From Nemertoderma westbladi (Eukaryota; Animalia; Xenacoelomorpha), in contig JAUCBJ010003476.1 in NCBI GenBank assembly GCA_032718475.1, positions 1 through 64,000 on the forward strand: a stretch of 64,000 bases of DNA. The letters run 5' to 3'. The notes under the pieces are model-generated. The model worked only from the letters and a program-made list of their open reading frames with translations, searched no databases and had not been told where the DNA came from. The position numbers and the translations under genes were made by a program. This document shows positions 53,801 to 64,000 of the stretch, one piece after another; positions within the stretch are counted from its first letter, which is position 1, and every line of letters begins with the position of its first letter.

Positions 53801-55360
53801 TTCGAGTCAGCTCACTCCTCAAGCTCACTCTTCTAGCCAGCTCACTCCTCACGCTCACTCTTCGAGCCAGCTCACTCGTCGAGCCAGCTCACTCATCAAG
53901 CTTACTCTTCGAGTCAGCTCGCTTCTCAAGCTCACTCTTCGAGCCAGCTCACTCCTCAAGCTCACTCTTCGAGCCAGCTCACTCCCCAAGCTAACACTTC
54001 GAGCCAGCTCAATCCTCAAGCTCACTCTTCGAGCTAGCTCACTCTTCAAGCTCACTCTTCGAGCCAGCTCACTCCTCACGCTCACTCTTCGAACCAGCTC
54101 ACTCCTCACGCTCACTCTTCGAGCCAGCACAATCATCTCGCTCACTCTTCGAGCCAACTCACTCCTCAAGCTCACTCGTAGAGCCAGCTCACTCCTAAAG
54201 CTCACTCTTTGAGCCAGCTCACTCCTCAAGCTCACTCTTCGAGCCAGTTCACTCCTCAATCTCACTCTTCGAGCCAGCTCACTCCTCACGCTCACTCTTC
54301 GAGCCGGCTCTCTCCTCACGCTCACTCTTCGAGCCAGCTCACTCATCAAGCTCACTCTTCGAGTCAGCTCACTCCTCAAGCTCACTCTTCGAGCCAACTC
54401 ACTCCTCACGCTCACTCTTCGTGCCAGCTCACTCCTCAAGCTCAATCTTCGAGTCAGTTCACTCCTCAAGCTCACTCTTCGAGCCAGCTCACTCCTCAAG
54501 CTCACTCATCGAGCCAACTCACTCCTCAAGGTCACTCGTCGAGCCAGCTCACTCCTCACGCTTATTCTTCGAGCCAGCTCACTCCCCAAGCTCACTCTTC
54601 GAGTCAACTCACTCCTCAAGCTCACTCTTCTAGCCAGATCACTCCTCACGCTCACTCTTCGAGCCAGCTAACTCGTCGAGCCAGCTCACTCCTCAAGCTT
54701 ACTCTTCGAGTCAGCTCACTCCTCAAGCTCACTCTTCGAGCCAACTCACTCCTCACGCTCACTCTTCGAGCCAGCTCACTCCTCAAGCTCACTCTTAAAG
54801 TCAGTTCACTCCTCAAGCTCGCTCATCGAGCCAGCTCACTCCCCAAGCTCACTCTTCGAGTCAACTCACTCCTCAAGCTCACTCTTCTAGCCAGATCACT
54901 CCTCACGCTCACTCTTCGAGCCAGCTAACTCGTCGAGCCAGCTCACTCATCAAGCTTACTCTTCGAGTCAGCTCACTCCTCAAGCTCACTCTTCGAGCCA
55001 ACTCACTCCTCACGCTCACTCTTCGAGCCAGCTCACTCCTCAAGCTCACTCTTAAAGTCAGTTCACTCCTCAAGCTCGCTCATCGAGCCAGCTCACTCCT
55101 CAAGCTCACTCTTCGAGCCAACTCACTCAAGGTCACTCGTCGAGCCAGCTCACTTTTCACGCTCATTCTTCGAGCCAGCTCGCCCCCAAGCTCACTCTTC
55201 GAGTCAGCTCACTCCTCAAGCTCACTCTTCGAGCCAGCTCACTCCTCACGCTCACTCTTCGAGCCAGCTCACTCCTCAAGCTCACTCTTCGAGTCAGCTC
55301 ACTCATCAAGCTCACTCTTCGAGCCAGCTCACTCTTCAAACCAGCACATTCTCCGAGCCA
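50847..55360. repeat. 30-bp satellite array (GCTCACTCCTCAA + GCTCACTCTTCGAGCCA)
   Basis: ~4.5 kb of alternating 13- and 17-bp subunits; variant patterns recur at a 1508-bp offset. Confidence 0.97.
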
Positions 55361-56009
55361 GGTTAGATAAAAAATTAACAAACAAAAAAAAAATTAGTAA
55401 AACCGAAAATGCATTTAGTTGAATTTATTGTCCAAGTTGCTAATTTAAGATAACTTCCGCACTTTATAAGTGTAACACAACATAGAATATATTTTGGATA
55501 CGACAACAGAACATTGACAATGGTGTACCAAATACATAGTTGGTATATATATGACTATTATAGTCCTGAACAAAAAGTAAAATGCAGTTGAACAAGCAAA
55601 ATACATGAACCAAATGAGAGGAAAAATATAAGAAATATCATAACCCTGCAAAAAGGAATATATCCTGAATTTAAACATTTCAAAAATAACATCCAATATC
55701 GTTATTCGGTTGAGAATTATTGTTTACAGCCAATAGAAATAATTTAGGAAATAAAAACTTAGGTTTTAATACAATTAGCGAGGTTTAGAGTTCCTGAAGA
55801 ATCATATTGAGAAACAAACTTATGGAGAGGATCAATGAGAAATGTTTCTCATGAAAAGTTAAAGCAAATTCTAAGGGATACCGGCTGCAACGTTATAGAA
55901 GTAAAAATAAAAGTCCCTCCTGAATGTCATACAATAGTTATACAATGACTGTCACAATACTGCCGCCACATAGAACAGTAAAAACAAAAATAGCCTAACT
56001 GCAATGAGA

Positions 56010-56131
56010 ATTCTGGAACATCAGCTACTTCACTGCCTTCCAATACATTGAGTGTTCTAGAACGCCAGTTACTTCACTGCCTTCCAATACATTGAGTGTT
56101 CTAGAACGCCAGTTACTTCACTGCCTTCCAA
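56010..56131. repeat. 44-bp tandem repeat (~2.7 copies) in the probable ZFR 3' UTR
   Basis: TTCTAGAACGCCAGTTACTTCACTGCCTTCCAATACATTGAGTG repeated. Confidence 0.75.
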
Positions 56132-56193
56132 TTCCAATATTATGAGTATCTAACATCGGTTATTTAACTGCCTTCAATATGATTCCATTCCTT

Positions 56194-56231
56194 TTATTTA
56201 CCATCTTCTACTTTTTCTTTCTTGTCAATAG
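56194..56231 (-). CDS. ZFR: ZFR-like gene, predicted terminal coding exon
   Basis: Acceptor TTTTTATTTCAG; phase 1 matches the upstream donor. Reads (A)IDKKEKVEDGK*, resembling the charged KKDKK tail of ZFR. Confidence 0.65.
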
Positions 56232-56680
56232 CTGAAATAAAAAGAGCAAAAATTCAAAAAACGCCAATCCAACATATAGAATTGCAAGAATATAAAAAAA
56301 TACAGAAAATCATTACTTTATACTAGTGTTGCGACGGGATCCCGATGGAAAATCCCGATCCCGATCCCGTCCCGATCTCGATGAAAAAATATCGGGATTT
56401 TTCGGGATTTGCTATATTATCTGAATTTATATGCCCTTCAGCTTAAAATTTGTTAAATTATATAAAAATGTACAATTTTTCCCAATAACAAAATTCAATA
56501 TTTTTGTGAAAACAAAAATAATGAATAATAAAGTAAAAGTATAGGTAAACGGTTTTGCTTTTACAATTACCTACCTACAGTACTACAGAGATGAATGTCT
56601 AGATTATAAATCAGAGAAACACTTGTTGCTTATTTGCTATGCTTTATATTGAATATGATAAACATGTTTATGTGGCAGCT

Positions 56681-57021
56681 GGGTTCACTGTGTCAAGTAC
56701 AATGCACACATCTTCAACCAGACACTATATAACATTGGAGGTGTCTCATTGGTTCCCCCAAGCTGGACACTTGAACAAAGCCGCCTCTGCTTTGCAGGAC
56801 ATTGCTTTCGCCGTGAGGACCAGCCAGTGCATAATCTTGTGCTTTGGCAGCCTCATGGAGTGAATAAGCATGATGGACAGCCCATGACTTTCTTGAGACG
56901 CATCTTAAAGGACACTGGCCTTAAAGATGCGGATGATCTAGCAAATGTCATGGGTGATAGGGAGTTGTGGCGGTGCAATTTTGTCGATAAGCCGGCATAG
57001 CATTTCTTAATGCACGCTGCA
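56681..57021 (+). mobile_element. Short 3' fragment of the same RTE family as 28374-29716
   Basis: Near-identical to 28440-28772 on the opposite strand (TLEQ.RL.FAGHCFRREDQPVHNLVLWQP..CNFVDKPA). Confidence 0.92.
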
Positions 57022-57042
57022 TTGGGGAAGCCAATTGTGGAT

Positions 57043-60378
<3,336 letters not shown>

Positions 60379-60696
60379 CTAAAGAGAACATAAAAAAATG
60401 TTATATAATCGATAAAACAAGAACGTACTAAAAGGAAAATCACTTTTTTTATTTATAATAAAGTAAAATTGGCCCGAAATTCAACTATTCTTGAATTGAA
60501 TTATACGCGAGTTTATGACTCGCGTCGCTCGTGCACTTAATGCGAAAGAGTGTAAAACTCAATACGCGAGTTCATTATAGACATACTATCTGCACTTTTT
60601 CCTGAAATGACGTATTTATCTAAAAACAAAAACATATAAATATACAAAATACAACCAAGGGACAAAAATGTCCACAGTTCTAAAAAACAACCTTGT

Positions 60697-61760
60697 CTTC
60701 AGGGGGCTCGCAAAGTGGGGCGTACACTACAGCTTGCACGGGAGGAGACCGGGTTCAAGGAGGCGATCGAAGACATGTCACAGACCCGACGACGCACAGT
60801 ACAACGAGCTGTTGACTACCGTACCAGCGGCTGGATTTCCTGTCTCCCCCATGCAGAGCATCACCTCGACCTTTCTCCTCGTGAGTTCCGTGATGCGGTG
60901 GCCATCCGCTATGGTCGGCCCCTCGCCTCGGTTCCGAGCCGGTGCGATGGGTGCGGGGCCCCCTTCGATCTTAACCACGGGTTAAATTGCAAGAAAGGAG
61001 GTCTCGTCATCCAGCGCCACAATGAGCTACGGGACGTTGTGGGCGACCTGGCGGCGGCAGCGTTCGGGCCCCGCAATGTTACTTGCGAGCCGGTCGTTCG
61101 GGAGCAGCAGGGGGTCGACGGAGCGTCTGGTCTTCGGTGTGACGTGGGCATTCGGGGGGCGTTTAACCCGCAGACCCAGGCGTTGATCGACATCAGGTTG
61201 GTTAACCTTGACGCCGGGTCTTATGCGGGGCGCTCCCCGATGTCAGTCCTCGAGTCAGCCGAAGACGAGAAGAAGCGGCTCTACTCCGACGCAGTCTGGG
61301 CGCGGCGTGGCGACTTCTCGCCATACGTTGCCTCCTGCGACGGAGTGTTGGCCCCCCAAGCGGACAAGCTCCTCAGGACCATTGCCCAGAAGCTCCACCG
61401 GACGTGGGGGAGACCCTACAGCATGGTGATGGGGTGGGTCCGTACCCGGGTCCAGCTGGCTATCATACGCGGGGCTTCCCATTGCCTTAGAGGGTCGCGG
61501 ACGAAATGGCGTAGCGGGCTCGGGCTGGACGACGGCGCAGGGATACCAGGTATATCTCGAATTTGATGAGGCAATGCGGAAGAAACCGAAGATATTGATT
61601 GGCGGTAGATAGAGACTTATTTGTGGAGATGGAGTTTATGCTATTGCAGTTGGTTACATTATGACGTTGTTGGTACGATCTACTTCTTTTATATTTATGA
61701 TTAATCGTTTTACATTGATGACAATATTTATTATGTATCATTATGTGCATCATTATGTAT
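60697..61760 (+). mobile_element. 3' part of a CRE-like non-LTR retrotransposon (restriction-like endonuclease), antisense in a ZFR intron
   Basis: ORF 60715-61566 has W..CLP..LSPREFRDAV, zinc knuckle CDGC-x7-H-x3-C, RHN, and RCD..LID..EKK PD-(D/E)xK-like motifs. GC-rich island. RT domain absent; boundaries approximate. Confidence 0.8.
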
Positions 61761-61959
61761 TATATATAACATTTATTTTCTTAATTAAAAATTATTTACT
61801 ATTTACTATGTACAGTATGCTTCCTTTCAGTAATTGCTATACAAACTAGAAAGCGAAAGTATAACTTTTTTACAAATAAATAAACATTTTTTACAAATTC
61901 AAATAAAATAAATAAATTTTTTGATAAAAATTAGAATTGTTTTAGCCCAACATATCCTA

Positions 61960-62097
<138 letters not shown>

Positions 62098-63477
62098 TTA
62101 GTAATTCAATATTTACTCACTGGTGATTGGGTAGAAAATGATTGAATGAATAATTTAATTTACTTGTATTGAGTATTTTGTACTTTACATTATTTCCATT
62201 CAATCATTTATCCGCCAACCACCCCCAGCTACTTTCCAGCCTTATGCAAATTTTATTGCATTTGATTTCTTGATGCGCGTCAATTAAACAATAAAAAATT
62301 AGGATTCAAATATATACCGGTTATTAACCGTAAGAATTAAGTAAAGATCCCCTTCCATAATTATGTAAACAATAAAAAAAACTATTCACATGTGTAAAGT
62401 ATAACTTTACAGTGTGATGATCCGAGCGGTTTGTTTCACGAACGAACGTAGCGAGCGAGTTCATGTAAGCCACGAGGAGCAGTACACTGCAAAGTAATTT
62501 GCAATAAGTATATGAATGTAGATTTATTCCAAAATACGAATCATGTATATGAAACTTCTATTGTTAAAAAAAGATGTACTATTTTCTGGAATTTCTCAAA
62601 TTGCGTACAATAATATGAACTTATAAACCTCCGAAGTAGAAAACATTTGGAATAAATTAAAAAAATATAATAACTAAACTGCCAAAAGTTTTACGCAATA
62701 TGACCGTTTGCCAATAACTCCTAGTACGCATAAGGTTGCCAGGCAATGCCCAATCAATACTAAGGAACGCAAATTGTTTCCGAGGTATCTATGATCTATC
62801 TCAACGTAAATGCAATTAAGTTGTTCAGTGACATAATTTTACACTATTTATTCGGGATACAATATTATTTAATAGCACTTTACGGCACCAGTGTGATATT
62901 TTTTCCCGAGAGATAGAGATTGAATATAACAAAGGCGAGTGTTGCAAAAGATTTAATATCCAATCAAGGTGCTGCCAATACTAGCGCCAACGACGTTAAG
63001 GATATTAAAATTTTGGAATAAAACACATTGCGATTAGAAGAGTTTATAAATGAATCATAATTTTTTCGAATTAGTTAGCCACTCGGAATTAATAAACAAT
63101 TGTTTTACCAACATTAATTGAAGATCAACTCACTAAACTTAAATAAATTTCGTTTACAAAATAAGTTTGGCATACTTTTAGCGAGACTAAAAATGACAAG
63201 AAAAATAATGCCATCCAAAATTCAATTCATTTCGGCAAAATAAAGAAAATACCTTCAAAATAATTATTATAATATCCTAGTAGAAAAAAATAAAATGAGA
63301 GGAAATTACAATAAACGCCAGTAAAACATGATCGAGAAAAATTAATCAAAAAGTTATAAATATATCTCTCTAGTTTCTATTCCATGTGGAAATTTATCTC
63401 AAATAAAATGATTTTGCAGTGATATAATAAGGCTGAGAAGTATTACAATAAGGTTAAATACTAAATCTACGACAAAC

Positions 63478-63566
63478 CTGGAACCACTTTGCGTGGCGCA
63501 GGGCTGCCAACGCACCCAGGCAGCCTTGTACGTCCAGAACATCGAATGGATCAACCTTGGCCTCTT
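63478..63566 (-). CDS. ZFR: ZFR-like exon (gene continues beyond the window)
   Basis: EAKVDPFDVLDVQGCLGALAALRHAKWFQ followed by a GTTTGT donor. Acceptor TCTGCAG with an upstream CTAAC branch point. Confidence 0.88.
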
Positions 63567-64000
63567 CTGCAGATACAGTAAACTTTTGGGTTAGTGGAAG
63601 GGTCGTCACAGAAGAATTGGGGCGAGTCATACACACATCTTTCTTTATTACTTGTATCATAGATAATATATATTTGAGTTTAATAGTACCTTATTTCCAT
63701 TTTAAATTTTGCATAATTTCATCATTTTGTAGTCACAATCTTTAATTACTTCGATACAACTCAAAAAGAGCTATGGCTACTGTAATGGGTGAACTTTACC
63801 CAATATTTGAAAAGGTTAACCAACGGCTATGGTAAAGTAGTAACGTATGTAATTGAGATGTCTTACTGACTGGCAGAGAAAGGTGTGTGTTTTAAGTAAA
63901 AACATATTCGAGCACTTTCATATTATTTCCTTATATACCACGACTATAGTTTATGTCTTGTTTATTAAAATCCAACATTTAAAAATTAGAGACCGATAGT

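Noticed and set aside
50811-55381. Many long repetitive ORFs (SELARRVSLR / SSQLTPQAHS)
   Set aside because: These are by-products of a 30-bp satellite lacking stops in several frames; they occur on both strands and are broken by phase shifts.
56324-56410. hAT-like end (TAGTGTTG with CCCGAT repeats)
   Set aside because: Only one end is visible, with no matching TIR or TSD.
62408-62500. Possible C/D-box snoRNA (TGATGA) in a ZFR intron
   Set aside because: No CTGA D box at a suitable distance.

Overview
AT-rich animal (invertebrate-like) genomic window. From left to right: a convergent pair of tRNA-Thr(AGT) genes, several MITE-like inverted-repeat elements, and a complete three-exon Zic/odd-paired zinc-finger gene (+, 9603-18396). 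Next come a 5'-truncated RTE-type LINE and a 19.1-kb BEL/Pao LTR retrotransposon (29893-49026; 1195-bp LTRs, CCAGA target-site duplication, disrupted gag-pol, extra unexplained 3' ORFs). Its 5' LTR is interrupted by a 4.5-kb IS3EU-type DNA transposon (30132-34673; TAT..ATA ends, ~360-390-bp TIRs, CACGTG duplication) carrying a DDE transposase and, convergently, an alpha-kinase (eEF2K/TRPM7-type) cargo gene. This element is the most striking system in the window. The right end holds a 4.5-kb 30-bp satellite with higher-order structure and the last four exons of a ZFR-like DZF-domain gene (-). Its introns contain a CRE-type retrotransposon fragment, an RTE fragment and a 3-kb minisatellite built from the gene's own 5' splice site. 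All calls were made by eye from the sequence and ORF track; no database searches were run.
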